Assembly (NCBI GenBank): GCA_036339735.1
Contig: JAYZAL010000026.1
Location: 24,929 to 88,928 of the forward strand
Reading direction: 5' to 3'
DNA from: Candidatus Poribacteria bacterium
Lineage (GTDB): Bacteria; Poribacteria; WGA-4E; UBA9662
DNA length: 64,000 nucleotides
How positions within the stretch are numbered: position 1 is the first letter of the stretch; each line of letters starts with the position of its first letter. Shown here in pieces: positions 39,292 through 51,155 of this stretch. The position numbers and the translations under genes were made by a program. A model generated the notes under the pieces. The model saw only the letters and a list, made by a program, of their open reading frames with translations, did no database searches and was not told where the DNA came from.

Positions 39292-40041
39292 TTACCTAAC
39301 GCGCTTAAAAATGATGATGTGTTGACGTGGTAGGGTATGAATAGTTTCGACCCATTCCAGTGGGTGTGGGCTGGCTTCTTTCAGTACTTGAAGCTCTGAC
39401 ATCTTGTGTAGGCGCTTGATTGGTACGCTAGGATCTTCTAATCGATATTCTACAAAGACTAATCGGCCACCAAGTTTTAGGCTTTTGCAAATACTTCTTA
39501 TCATTTCATAAGGATGAGAAAATTCATGGTAAACATCAACCATTATTGCTAAATCAATACTGCTGATAGGTAGATTTGGATCATCTATCTTACCAAGTAT
39601 GCCTTTAACGTTAGTAATCTGATATTGTTTCATGTTATCTATTAATAATTCGACCATCTCTGGCTGAATATCAACCCCATACAAAATGCCCTCAGGGCCA
39701 ATCGGAGCCGCCATTTGGCGAGCGATGTAACCAGTACCAGCCCCGATGTCCGCAATCTTATCTCCAACTTTTAAATTTAATGCTTCTACTAGCAGGCTAA
39801 CCCGTTCTTCTTGCTCTCGTTCAGGTCGTTCCAACCATCCAGCAGCTAAATGCCCCATGACATGCGAAATTTCCCTTCCCATGTAGAATTTGCCGATACC
39901 ATCGGGTGAAGCTTGACCGAAATGATAACGAGTGTTTTCAGTTTTCTTTTCTTGATTGTGGGTGTCAGTTTTTTGTGCTAGTAAAACCTGGTTTGAAATT
40001 GAAAGTAATACAAAAGAAATAAAAGCTATCAGCTGCCTCAT
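39292..40041 (-). CDS. Class I SAM-dependent methyltransferase with a signal-like N-terminus
   Basis: WLERPERE.EE, IADIGAGTGY, VDIQPEM, MVDVYHEF. ATG 40041 follows AGGAAAGG. Confidence 0.85.
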   Translation of the reverse strand: MRQLIAFISFVLLSISNQVLLAQKTDTHNQEKKTENTRYHFGQASPDGIGKFYMGREISHVMGHLAAGWLERPEREQEERVSLLVEALNLKVGDKIADIGAGTGYIARQMAAPIGPEGILYGVDIQPEMVELLIDNMKQYQITNVKGILGKIDDPNLPISSIDLAIMVDVYHEFSHPYEMIRSICKSLKLGGRLVFVEYRLEDPSVPIKRLHKMSELQVLKEASPHPLEWVETIHTLPRQHIIIFKRVR

Positions 40042-40244
40042 ACCTTTCCTCCTGGTTCTTTTGACAGTTTGTACCAACCCAAATCAAGATTGTTTTTTAT
40101 CATTTGTTAAAGTTTATGTCAACGAGACCACAAACAAATTATAAGAAAGAGAATCCCTATTGGCAACCAGAAAGCTTTATCTGACAATAAAATCTTGGCT
40201 AAACACCGGAATCTGACATTTTTTTTACTTCGTTAAGTTGGTGG

Positions 40245-40273
40245 TTGTCGAAAAATGACTTTTGTGGTACAAT
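40245..40273 (+). promoter_or_regulatory. Sigma-70 promoter for the dnaN operon
   Basis: TTGTCG-N17-TACAAT with extended -10 TG. Confidence 0.55.
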
Positions 40274-40384
40274 TTAGGGGTATTTCTGGGACATGATCCG
40301 GCAGGTTTTATTTAGGTTTTTCAGCGATTTAGTAGTCATTTTGAAGCACGTTCTTTTAGCTAGTCGCCAACTAGAGGGTTTGAG

Positions 40385-41488
40385 ATGGAACTGATATTTG
40401 AAAAAGAAGATTTATCGAAAGCGATACAGATTTTGCAAGGGGTAGCGTCAGGTCGTAACACTTTGCCCATTTTATCTAATGTATTGATTCGTGCTGGTGC
40501 TGGTCAAATCGAGATTGCAGCTACTGATTTAGAAGTCGGAATTAGAATGAAAGTAGCAGGACAGATTCAAGAAGAAGGTGAGATCACCGTTTCTGCTCGC
40601 AAATTAGGTGAAATTGTTCGTGAGTTACCAGAAGAAGATATTCGAATATCCACTGTTGGAAACGATCGTGTTGAAATCGTTTGTGGCTCCGGAAAGTATA
40701 AAATTATTGGTTTGCCTAGTGACGAGTTTCCGCCAATTCCATCAATTGATGGCAGTTCATTCACCATTAGTGGAGAAGAATTGCGATCCATGATTCAGAG
40801 AACTGAATTCGCAGCTTCCACAGATGAGGCTCGTTACTATCTCAATGGATTGTTCTTTAACCTAACGGAAGAGTCTACTCAAATCGTAGGAACTGACGGT
40901 CATCATTTATCCATTGTGACAGAAAAAAGTTTAGAACCCAAACCGGACGAGCCGATCAGTGTAATTGTTCCATTGAAAGCTGTCCGTGAAGTCCTTAAAA
41001 CTTTTTCAGATTCGTCGTCTATTCAATTTTCGGTCAAAGGTAATCAAATTTTATTTGCTGATGATAGTGCGACCCTAGTTTCTCGGTTGGTGGATGGTGA
41101 ATACCCCAAATACGAAGGAATCATCCCTGATAATAACGACATTCAAGTCGTGGTTGAAAGGGAAAAGTTAATTGGTACTGTTCGTCGTGTGTCCTTACTC
41201 GCTAACCAAAATACCCATTCAGTACGTTTAGAACTAGAAAACAATCAAATGCGTTTATCAGCCAGGACACCGGAACTAGGAGAAGGTGAAGAGACGTTGG
41301 ACATTGGAGGTGAAATCGAAGGGCTTGAGATAGCTTTGGATGCCCGCTATTTGAGAAACGTTCTGTCACATATTGATGCCCATGAGGTAATAATGGGGTT
41401 TAAAGACAGTGTCAGCATTGCAATAATTAAACCAGTGGAAGACGACTCTCACCTATGTTTAATTATGCCAATGCGCCTGAACACCTAG
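40385..41488 (+). CDS. dnaN: DNA polymerase III beta sliding clamp
   Basis: LPILSNVL, ATDLE, RYYLNG, GTDGHHL, SRLVDGEYP.Y, LIMPMR. Confidence 0.97.
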   Translation: MELIFEKEDLSKAIQILQGVASGRNTLPILSNVLIRAGAGQIEIAATDLEVGIRMKVAGQIQEEGEITVSARKLGEIVRELPEEDIRISTVGNDRVEIVCGSGKYKIIGLPSDEFPPIPSIDGSSFTISGEELRSMIQRTEFAASTDEARYYLNGLFFNLTEESTQIVGTDGHHLSIVTEKSLEPKPDEPISVIVPLKAVREVLKTFSDSSSIQFSVKGNQILFADDSATLVSRLVDGEYPKYEGIIPDNNDIQVVVEREKLIGTVRRVSLLANQNTHSVRLELENNQMRLSARTPELGEGEETLDIGGEIEGLEIALDARYLRNVLSHIDAHEVIMGFKDSVSIAIIKPVEDDSHLCLIMPMRLNT

Positions 41489-41507
41489 CCATTTGTTCGG
41501 TGATCTA

Positions 41508-42740
41508 ATGTGGTTAAACCACTTGACTCTCCGTAATTTCCGAAACTATATTGATCTCGAAGTTCAGTTTCCCGATTCTGTCAACTTGCTAGTTGGTAGC
41601 AATGCTCAGGGGAAAACAAATCTTTTGGAAGCCATTTACTTCACTAGTACTGCTAAATCACATCGAACAAACGCTGACCGAGAGTTGGTCCACCATGATT
41701 CAGATTGGTTTTTTCTTCAGGCTAAAATTGCTATCAATTTAATAAATGACAGCAGTGTAAAAGACAAATCAACACTTCAACAAAATCAAGCTACGGGTAC
41801 AGAAGAACTAATTGTTGAAGCTTCTTATCAAGCTCCAACTCAAAAGCGGTTTAAACTGAATGGCTATCTTCTCCCTAGGCTGTCAGAGTGGGTCGGTCAG
41901 TTTCAGGTGGTTTTTTTTTCACCAGAATCACTAATACTGGTAAAAGGTTCGCCGGGAGATCGCCGACGCTTTCTAGACCAACTTATCTGCCAAGTCAACC
42001 CCTTTTATTTGAGCCAACTCCAACGATATCAATCTTCTTTGAAACAGCGAAACGAATTGCTAAAACAAATCCGGCAACAGCAGCAATCAACTGATTTGCT
42101 GAAAGTGTGGGATGAATTGCTGGTAGAAGATGGCGTTTACATCACTCAAACTCGCGCTTCGATATTACGTCAACTCCAACAATTTTCCCAAGACTATCAT
42201 TCTCAACTAACTCAGTCGACAGAAACCTTATACATCAGCTATTGTCCTTCTCTGGAGTCGGGAAGTGAAGTCGAGAAGATGGATGATCAATCTGAGGGCC
42301 ACTTGTGTTTAGGCGATCATTTTCGTCTTAAATTACAAAAGTCTTTGTCTAGCGATGTTGTTTATGGGAGTACATCGGTTGGCCCACATCGAGATGAATT
42401 CAAGCTATTTATTCAACCAAGTGCTCTGAGTGGAACCAAGCGAGAGGTGAAATTATATGGTTCTCAAGGACAACAGCGAACGGTAACCCTATCCCTCAAG
42501 TTGGGTGAAGTCGAATTAATACATGATCAGACAGGGAACTCGCCCGTTGTTTTGTTGGACGATGTTCTTTCCGAACTCGATGATATTCGTTCACGATTGT
42601 TGTTTGGAACATTCCAAAAACTTAGCACCCAAACTTTTATTACTGCTACAAAAGAAGAAGACTGGGTTTCGAGCCTTCCTGCCAAATTCAGCCGACATTA
42701 TCGACGGATTGTAGTGGAGCAGGGAAAAATTGTAGCCTGA
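41508..42740 (+). CDS. recF: DNA replication/repair protein RecF
   Basis: LRNFRNY, GSNAQGKTNLLEAI, RRRFLD, GPHRD, GSQGQQR, LLDDVLSELD. Probable ATG at 41508. Confidence 0.96.
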   Translation: MWLNHLTLRNFRNYIDLEVQFPDSVNLLVGSNAQGKTNLLEAIYFTSTAKSHRTNADRELVHHDSDWFFLQAKIAINLINDSSVKDKSTLQQNQATGTEELIVEASYQAPTQKRFKLNGYLLPRLSEWVGQFQVVFFSPESLILVKGSPGDRRRFLDQLICQVNPFYLSQLQRYQSSLKQRNELLKQIRQQQQSTDLLKVWDELLVEDGVYITQTRASILRQLQQFSQDYHSQLTQSTETLYISYCPSLESGSEVEKMDDQSEGHLCLGDHFRLKLQKSLSSDVVYGSTSVGPHRDEFKLFIQPSALSGTKREVKLYGSQGQQRTVTLSLKLGEVELIHDQTGNSPVVLLDDVLSELDDIRSRLLFGTFQKLSTQTFITATKEEDWVSSLPAKFSRHYRRIVVEQGKIVA

Positions 42741-42746
42741 GATAGA

Positions 42747-43223
42747 ATGAGTGATGTTCGTCAAAAAACAGTGACATTATACCAAGCCTTGGAAGAGGTT
42801 ATTGGCCAGAATGGATATGGACCTAAGCTTGTTGAGCGACGTGTATTGAAAGTATGGTCAGAAATTCGACCTTTTGGGCAATTTTCAAAAGCTCTTTCAT
42901 TTCAGAATGGTCTTCTGAGTATTATTGTGTTTCACAGTAGTTGGCTTACCGAGTTGCATTATCAGCAGCAATCTATTATTGAACAACTAAATCGGCACTT
43001 GGGCCATCAGATGGTTAAGCAATTAGCCGTTAAGATTTCAACAAAAATTGTTGAACGACCACCTGACATTCGGCAAATATCTCAAACTGACACTGAATAT
43101 AAGAAAGTAATACAGCCTAGGAATAACCATTCTCGAAAAGAAACCGCAGAGTTAGCTGTTTCGAGCATACAAAACCCTGAGTGCCGACTATTACTAAAAC
43201 AAATTTTTTTATCAACTATATGA
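42747..43223 (+). CDS. dciA: DUF721/DciA family helicase loader
   Basis: Sits between recF and gyrB; W.EI.......L.I....SSWLTEL....II..LN..LG pattern. Confidence 0.75.
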   Translation: MSDVRQKTVTLYQALEEVIGQNGYGPKLVERRVLKVWSEIRPFGQFSKALSFQNGLLSIIVFHSSWLTELHYQQQSIIEQLNRHLGHQMVKQLAVKISTKIVERPPDIRQISQTDTEYKKVIQPRNNHSRKETAELAVSSIQNPECRLLLKQIFLSTI

Positions 43224-43260
43224 AATGGGACGAACAAAGACATAGGATCTCGTGCCCTAG

Positions 43261-45831
<2,571 letters not shown>

Positions 45832-45852
45832 AGCTGAAGTAAGGAATACTTT

Positions 45853-48312
45853 ATGAAAATAGACCGACACGGCGATCAACAGATTGTTACTCGCTATATT
45901 GAAGAAGAACTAAAAGAATCGTATCTGACATATGCGATGAGTGTTAACACCAATAGAGCGATTCCTGATGTTCGTGACGGATTAAAACCAAGCACACGCC
46001 GAATCATTTTCGCCATGGGTGAACTGAACATGACTAGTGATCGGCCAACCGATAAATGTGCTGCAGTCGTGGGGGAAGTAATGAAAGATTACCACCCCCA
46101 CGGTGATGGCCCGATCTATTCTACTCTGGTAGGTCTTGTTCAAGATTTCGTCATGCGATATCCATTGGTTTATGGGCAAGGAAACTTTGGCTCAATCGAT
46201 GACGATCCGCCTGGTGCAATGCGCTATACGGAATGTAGACTAGAGAAAATTGCCAATGAAATGTTGGTTGATATCAAAAAAGACACGGTTGACATGCAGC
46301 CGAACTACAAGGAGTCTGTCAATGAACCAACCGTATTGCCAGCCCGATTACCTAACCTGATTCTGAATGGGACAACTGGAATCGGTGTTGGTTACTTAAC
46401 TCGGATCCCCCCCCACAATTTGGTCGAACTTGTTGATGCGCTCATGTTAATACTTGAACGAGGTGAAGATAGCGTTACAACTTCAGATTTATTAGAAACT
46501 ATGCCGGGCCCGGACTTTCCGACGGGTGGAATTATTGTAGGCCGCAATGGCATTCGTAATATGTACGAAACTGGACGTGGTAGTATGACTGTTCGGGCGA
46601 GAGCCATTATTGAGAGACTCAATAATGGTCGTGAACAAATTGTCATAACCGAAATTCCATATCAGATCAAGAAAAACCAATTACTTAAAAAAATATATGA
46701 CCTTGTTACAAATAAGACAATCACAGGAATTTCGGATATCCGGGACGAATCAGACAAAGAAATTCGAGTGGTTATTGAGTTAAAACGAGGTGAAGTCGCT
46801 CAGGTAGTTCTAAATCTTCTGTATAAGCATTCTCAGATGCAAACAAATTACAGTGCGATTATGTTGTGCTTAGTTGATGGTATGCCCAAAGTTCTGAGCT
46901 TATATGAAATTTTATACTACTATATACAGCATCGGCGTGATGTAATTCGTCGTCGTACACAGTTCGAATTAACGCGAAGCGAAAGAAGAGCCCATATCTT
47001 GGAAGGTTACCGAACTGGACTCAACAATATTGAGCAAATAATCGAAATCATCCAAACAGCAGAATCCCCTGCAGTAGCTCGTCAGGAACTGATAGCTAAC
47101 TATCAGCTGTCCGAACTGCAAGCTAATGAAATTCTTAGCATGACTTTGCGCCAATTAACAGGATTAGAACGTCAGAAAATTAATGACGAATACGCCGATT
47201 TATTGGAGGAAATTGAGGAATACCGGACGATTTTGGAAAATGATTTTTTGGTCTCTGACATCATAAAGCAAGATCTAATAGAATTGAAAAAAAATTATGG
47301 AGATGAGCGAAAAACCGAGATAACTGACGCTGTCCGAGAGTTCCAAATTGAAGATTTGATAGCTGATGAAGAAATGGTAGTTTCAATTTCTCATTTAGGT
47401 TATATCAAACGAGTACCGATCTCAACCTATCGACGTCAAAATCGTGGTGGAAAAGGCGTCATTGGGATGGGAACTAAGGATGATGATTTTCTAGAGCATA
47501 TATTTGTTGCTTCTGCACACCAGTATATCCTCTTTTTTACGGATCGAGGGAAATGCTATTGGCTAAAGGTCTTTGAAATACCAGAAGGTAGTCGCCAGTC
47601 AAGGGGTCGTTCATTAGTCAATCTTCTCCGTTTGGAGAGTGACGAGCGAGTAACGGCCTTCCTGCCAATACGAGAATTTGATAGCCAACGATCAGTATTT
47701 ATGGCGACACAAAAAGGAACGATCAAAAAGTGTAATCTCAGTGTTTTTAGTAATCCCTATTCAGCCGGTATTATTGCAATTAAATTGGACGAAGACGATC
47801 GATTAATTGGCGTATCATTGACTGATGGGAATCATGCGATAGTTTTGGTAACACAAGATGGGATGTCAATTCGGTTTGATGAGAGTGAGACTCGAGAAAT
47901 GGGACGAACTGCGCGTGGTGTGAGGGGTATCCGTTTAGAGAAGTCAGACCAAGTAGTTGGAATGGTAACATCCAAAGACGAAACTGAAACATTGTTGGTA
48001 GTTACTGAAAACGGCTATGGTAAACGAACGTCTCTAGAAGAGTATCGACAACAGTCACGTGGTGGTAAAGGTGTAATCACCATTAAAACTACTCGGCGAA
48101 ATGGGATTGTAGTAGCAGTGAAGGTTGTAAACAACGATGATGAACTTATCATCATCAGTTCTAAGGGTATGATTACACGTATGGGAGTGGGAGATGTTCG
48201 AACCATTGGTCGCAACACACAAGGAGTGCGTCTAATGTCTTTGGCCGATGATGAGCGAGTGGTTGATTTAGGTAAGATTGTTACGGAAAATCAAGGAGAA
48301 AGTGGTGATTAA
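45853..48312 (+). CDS. gyrA: DNA gyrase subunit A
   Basis: RAIPDVRDGLKP, YHPHGD, AMRYTE (catalytic Tyr), GyrA-box QNRGGKG, C-terminal beta-pinwheel repeats. Confidence 0.97.
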   Translation: MKIDRHGDQQIVTRYIEEELKESYLTYAMSVNTNRAIPDVRDGLKPSTRRIIFAMGELNMTSDRPTDKCAAVVGEVMKDYHPHGDGPIYSTLVGLVQDFVMRYPLVYGQGNFGSIDDDPPGAMRYTECRLEKIANEMLVDIKKDTVDMQPNYKESVNEPTVLPARLPNLILNGTTGIGVGYLTRIPPHNLVELVDALMLILERGEDSVTTSDLLETMPGPDFPTGGIIVGRNGIRNMYETGRGSMTVRARAIIERLNNGREQIVITEIPYQIKKNQLLKKIYDLVTNKTITGISDIRDESDKEIRVVIELKRGEVAQVVLNLLYKHSQMQTNYSAIMLCLVDGMPKVLSLYEILYYYIQHRRDVIRRRTQFELTRSERRAHILEGYRTGLNNIEQIIEIIQTAESPAVARQELIANYQLSELQANEILSMTLRQLTGLERQKINDEYADLLEEIEEYRTILENDFLVSDIIKQDLIELKKNYGDERKTEITDAVREFQIEDLIADEEMVVSISHLGYIKRVPISTYRRQNRGGKGVIGMGTKDDDFLEHIFVASAHQYILFFTDRGKCYWLKVFEIPEGSRQSRGRSLVNLLRLESDERVTAFLPIREFDSQRSVFMATQKGTIKKCNLSVFSNPYSAGIIAIKLDEDDRLIGVSLTDGNHAIVLVTQDGMSIRFDESETREMGRTARGVRGIRLEKSDQVVGMVTSKDETETLLVVTENGYGKRTSLEEYRQQSRGGKGVITIKTTRRNGIVVAVKVVNNDDELIIISSKGMITRMGVGDVRTIGRNTQGVRLMSLADDERVVDLGKIVTENQGESGD

Positions 48313-49777
48313 AGCGACCAACCTAGTTTTGATATTGCTAACTGTTCAGTCGATATTAACCACTGTTGGGCTAGCTAGTTCGACAGATAGTTTAGCACTA
48401 ATACAAAATTCGGTTACTAATCGTTCTTTAGTGCCTAGGTACAAGGAAGCTCATCAAAATTACCTGAAACTAAGTTGGGCCACCTACTTGCGGGCGCAAC
48501 GTCAATTTCCAAAAGCACGTAAACTCTATTTGAAAGTGGCCGAATTTTATCCTGAATCGGCTTTTTTGCATACGCAGATTGCTAATACTAGTTTGGCAAT
48601 CCAAGATATCAAGACGGCTGAAAAGTCAGCACTCCGAGCCATCGAGTTAATTCAAAAGGATAAAACAAAGGAAAAACCAGAGCCATATTTTCTGCTCGGG
48701 CAAATTTTGTTAAAACAACGTTCTAGATCGGGAACTGGACAAAATTGGCAGCGGGCAATCATCGAGTTTCAGAAGGTTACAAAAATAGATCCTGATCATG
48801 TCAATGCGCATCGTTATATAGGTGAACTATCTCTACTTAAAGGTGATTACTTGCTGGCAATTGAAGCTTTTAAGTCCCTGACCCGAATAATGCCTTATCA
48901 GCCACAGTTCTACATGAGATTAGGAGAATCTTATCAAAAGAGTGACCAGAAATTAGATGCAATTGAGGCTATGGAACGTGCGGTCAAAATCGACCCTTTA
49001 TTTAGTGATGCTCACGAGCTACTCGGTGAGCTATATATTGATTATTATGACGAATTAGAAACTGCAGTGTATGGATCAGCTGAATTGGAATTAACCCTTA
49101 TTTCAAAAGCTCAATCTGCTCTGCAAAAAGCGATCGCTGCATATAGCCAAGTAAGAGAATTAAGGCAAAAACAGATAAAAGCGGAAAAGCTAGCCGAATA
49201 TGATCAAGGTATTATGACCTTTCGTTCACGATTGGGTAGTTTGTATTTAACCGCCGACCAACCAAAGCTAGCGATAGAAACTTTAGAACCGATTTTAGAA
49301 ACGGATTCGAATCACAGCGACACTAACTATCTTCTTGGTTTAGCATATCAAAAAGTTGGCAAATTTGATCGATCTGAACACCACTTGCGACTAGTAGTTC
49401 AGACGACTAAGAGATCGGCTGCTTATAACGCATTGGGTTATTTGTTAGCTGAACAAAACAAAAATTTGACCGAAGCTGTTGAGCTGATCACGTTTGCTCT
49501 TGAACAGGATCCTGAAAACGGTGCATACTTAGACAGCCTTGGCTGGGTATATTACAAACAAGGGCAGATTAAACAAGCCATCAATCAATTAGAACGAGCT
49601 GTAAAGTACGAACCAGATAGCTGGGAAATTCAAGATCATTTAGGTGATGCATATTTGAAAAGTGGAAAAGTAAAAAAAGCTCTCGAATCTTGGGAAAGAG
49701 CCATTGAACTAGCCCCTGATAATCAAGTCATCCATAATAAATTACAGCAGAACGCGGGCGAAAAGAAAAAGAGATAG
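48278..49777 (+). CDS. Exported tetratricopeptide repeat protein
   Basis: Signal peptide, many TPRs, AYNALGYLLA...AYLDSLGWVYY..HLGDAY. Start is probably a GTG at 48302 or 48305. Confidence 0.85.
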   Translation: MLRKIKEKVVIKATNLVLILLTVQSILTTVGLASSTDSLALIQNSVTNRSLVPRYKEAHQNYLKLSWATYLRAQRQFPKARKLYLKVAEFYPESAFLHTQIANTSLAIQDIKTAEKSALRAIELIQKDKTKEKPEPYFLLGQILLKQRSRSGTGQNWQRAIIEFQKVTKIDPDHVNAHRYIGELSLLKGDYLLAIEAFKSLTRIMPYQPQFYMRLGESYQKSDQKLDAIEAMERAVKIDPLFSDAHELLGELYIDYYDELETAVYGSAELELTLISKAQSALQKAIAAYSQVRELRQKQIKAEKLAEYDQGIMTFRSRLGSLYLTADQPKLAIETLEPILETDSNHSDTNYLLGLAYQKVGKFDRSEHHLRLVVQTTKRSAAYNALGYLLAEQNKNLTEAVELITFALEQDPENGAYLDSLGWVYYKQGQIKQAINQLERAVKYEPDSWEIQDHLGDAYLKSGKVKKALESWERAIELAPDNQVIHNKLQQNAGEKKKR

Positions 49778-49841
49778 TTAATTCCATTAGTAATGGGAGA
49801 CCCGCTGTATATGAAGTGCGTTGGGAGAGGGACGCGTCAAG

Positions 49842-51071
49842 ATGGAAAAAGTAATTGGTCTGAAATGCCGGGAATGCGGCGAGAAATACGAAAAGTCACC
49901 AATTCATGTTTGCGAAATATGCTTTGGTCCATTGGAAGTCGAGTATGACTATTCGTTGGTATCCAAATCGATTTCCAGACAATCAATTGAATCTGGCCCA
50001 CTAAGCTTATGGCGTTATTCAGATCTACTTCCGGTAGATGGAGAGCCAATCTGTGGCCTGCATTCGGGTTTTACACCGCTGGTTAGAGCAAGAAATTTAG
50101 GGGATGCCTTGGGTATCCGCGAAATCTATATCAAGGATGATTCGGTTTGTCAACCAACTCTTTCCTTCAAAGATCGAGTCGTCGCAGTTGCCTTGACCAA
50201 GGCCAAAGAATTTGGCTTCGAGACTGTTTCCTGCGCTTCAACTGGTAACTTGGCTAACGCGGTAGCTTCTCACGCAGCCAGTGCAAACTTGAACTGTTTC
50301 ATTTTTATACCCACGGATCTAGAGTTAGGTAAAGTGGTTGGTACACAAGTCTACAATCCAACGGTGGTCGGTATTCACGGTGTCTATGATGACGTCAACC
50401 GGCTGTGTAGCGAGATTGCTGGCGTTTATCCATGGGCTTTTGTTAATATCAATATTCGCCCATTTTATTCTGAAGGCTCTAAAACACTTTTCTATGAAGT
50501 AATGGAGCAATTAGGCTGGCAAACACCGGATCATATTATCGCCCCCGCCGCTGGTGGTTCACTGATAACCAAAATTCAGAAATCTATCAAAGAATTCCGA
50601 CGGCTCGACCTGGTACAAGAAAAACCTGTTCACATTCATGTAGCACAAGCCAAGGGTTGCGCCCCAATTGTTAACACATTAAAATCGGGAGACGATTTTG
50701 TAAAACCAGTTCGGCCTGATACTATAGCCAAGTCGTTAGCAATTGGTAACCCTGCAGATGGAATCTATGCTGTAGAAGCCGTTAAAAATTCCGGAGGATA
50801 TGGCGAATATGCTACCGACGAAGAGATCGTTGAAGCGATACAATTATTGGCTACCACTGAGGGTATTTTTACTGAAACGGCTGGAGGAGTAACGCTGGCA
50901 GTAACTAAAAAATTAATTCAGAATCAACAAATCCAGCCTGAGGATAGTGTAGTAGTTGCAATCACTGGCAATGGTATGAAAACTATTGAAGCTTTAGATG
51001 GTAAAGTTACACTTTCTCACCAGATTGCTCCTCAGCTGAAGGCTTTCAGAGAATTGATGAACGACATATAA
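49842..51071 (+). CDS. thrC: Threonine synthase (fold-type II PLP enzyme with N-terminal zinc ribbon)
   Basis: CRECG..CEIC, PTLSFKDR, ASTGNLA, EGSKT, AIGNPADG, ITGNGMK. Confidence 0.85.
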   Translation: MEKVIGLKCRECGEKYEKSPIHVCEICFGPLEVEYDYSLVSKSISRQSIESGPLSLWRYSDLLPVDGEPICGLHSGFTPLVRARNLGDALGIREIYIKDDSVCQPTLSFKDRVVAVALTKAKEFGFETVSCASTGNLANAVASHAASANLNCFIFIPTDLELGKVVGTQVYNPTVVGIHGVYDDVNRLCSEIAGVYPWAFVNINIRPFYSEGSKTLFYEVMEQLGWQTPDHIIAPAAGGSLITKIQKSIKEFRRLDLVQEKPVHIHVAQAKGCAPIVNTLKSGDDFVKPVRPDTIAKSLAIGNPADGIYAVEAVKNSGGYGEYATDEEIVEAIQLLATTEGIFTETAGGVTLAVTKKLIQNQQIQPEDSVVVAITGNGMKTIEALDGKVTLSHQIAPQLKAFRELMNDI

Positions 51072-51155
51072 TTTCTCTGAATATCAGCTTGATATTCGTA
51101 ACTTTGTAGTTGCGGGTAAGAGATTTTAGCGTGTTTATCGCAAAAGGGCATCCGA

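Noticed and set aside
41911-41919. T9 homopolymer in recF as a phase-variation or frameshift site
   Set aside because: The reading frame is intact and encodes the conserved V.FSPE motif.
49778-49841. Possible riboswitch before thrC (small hairpins, one enclosing GGGAGAGG)
   Set aside because: Only 64 nt, and I could not match SAM, SAH or T-box consensus elements. An Rfam scan would settle it.
51044-51095. Inverted repeat spanning the thrC stop (TTCAGAGAATT / AATTTCTCTGAA)
   Set aside because: AT-rich with a large loop and no clear U-tract. At most an mRNA end structure, not supportable as a feature.
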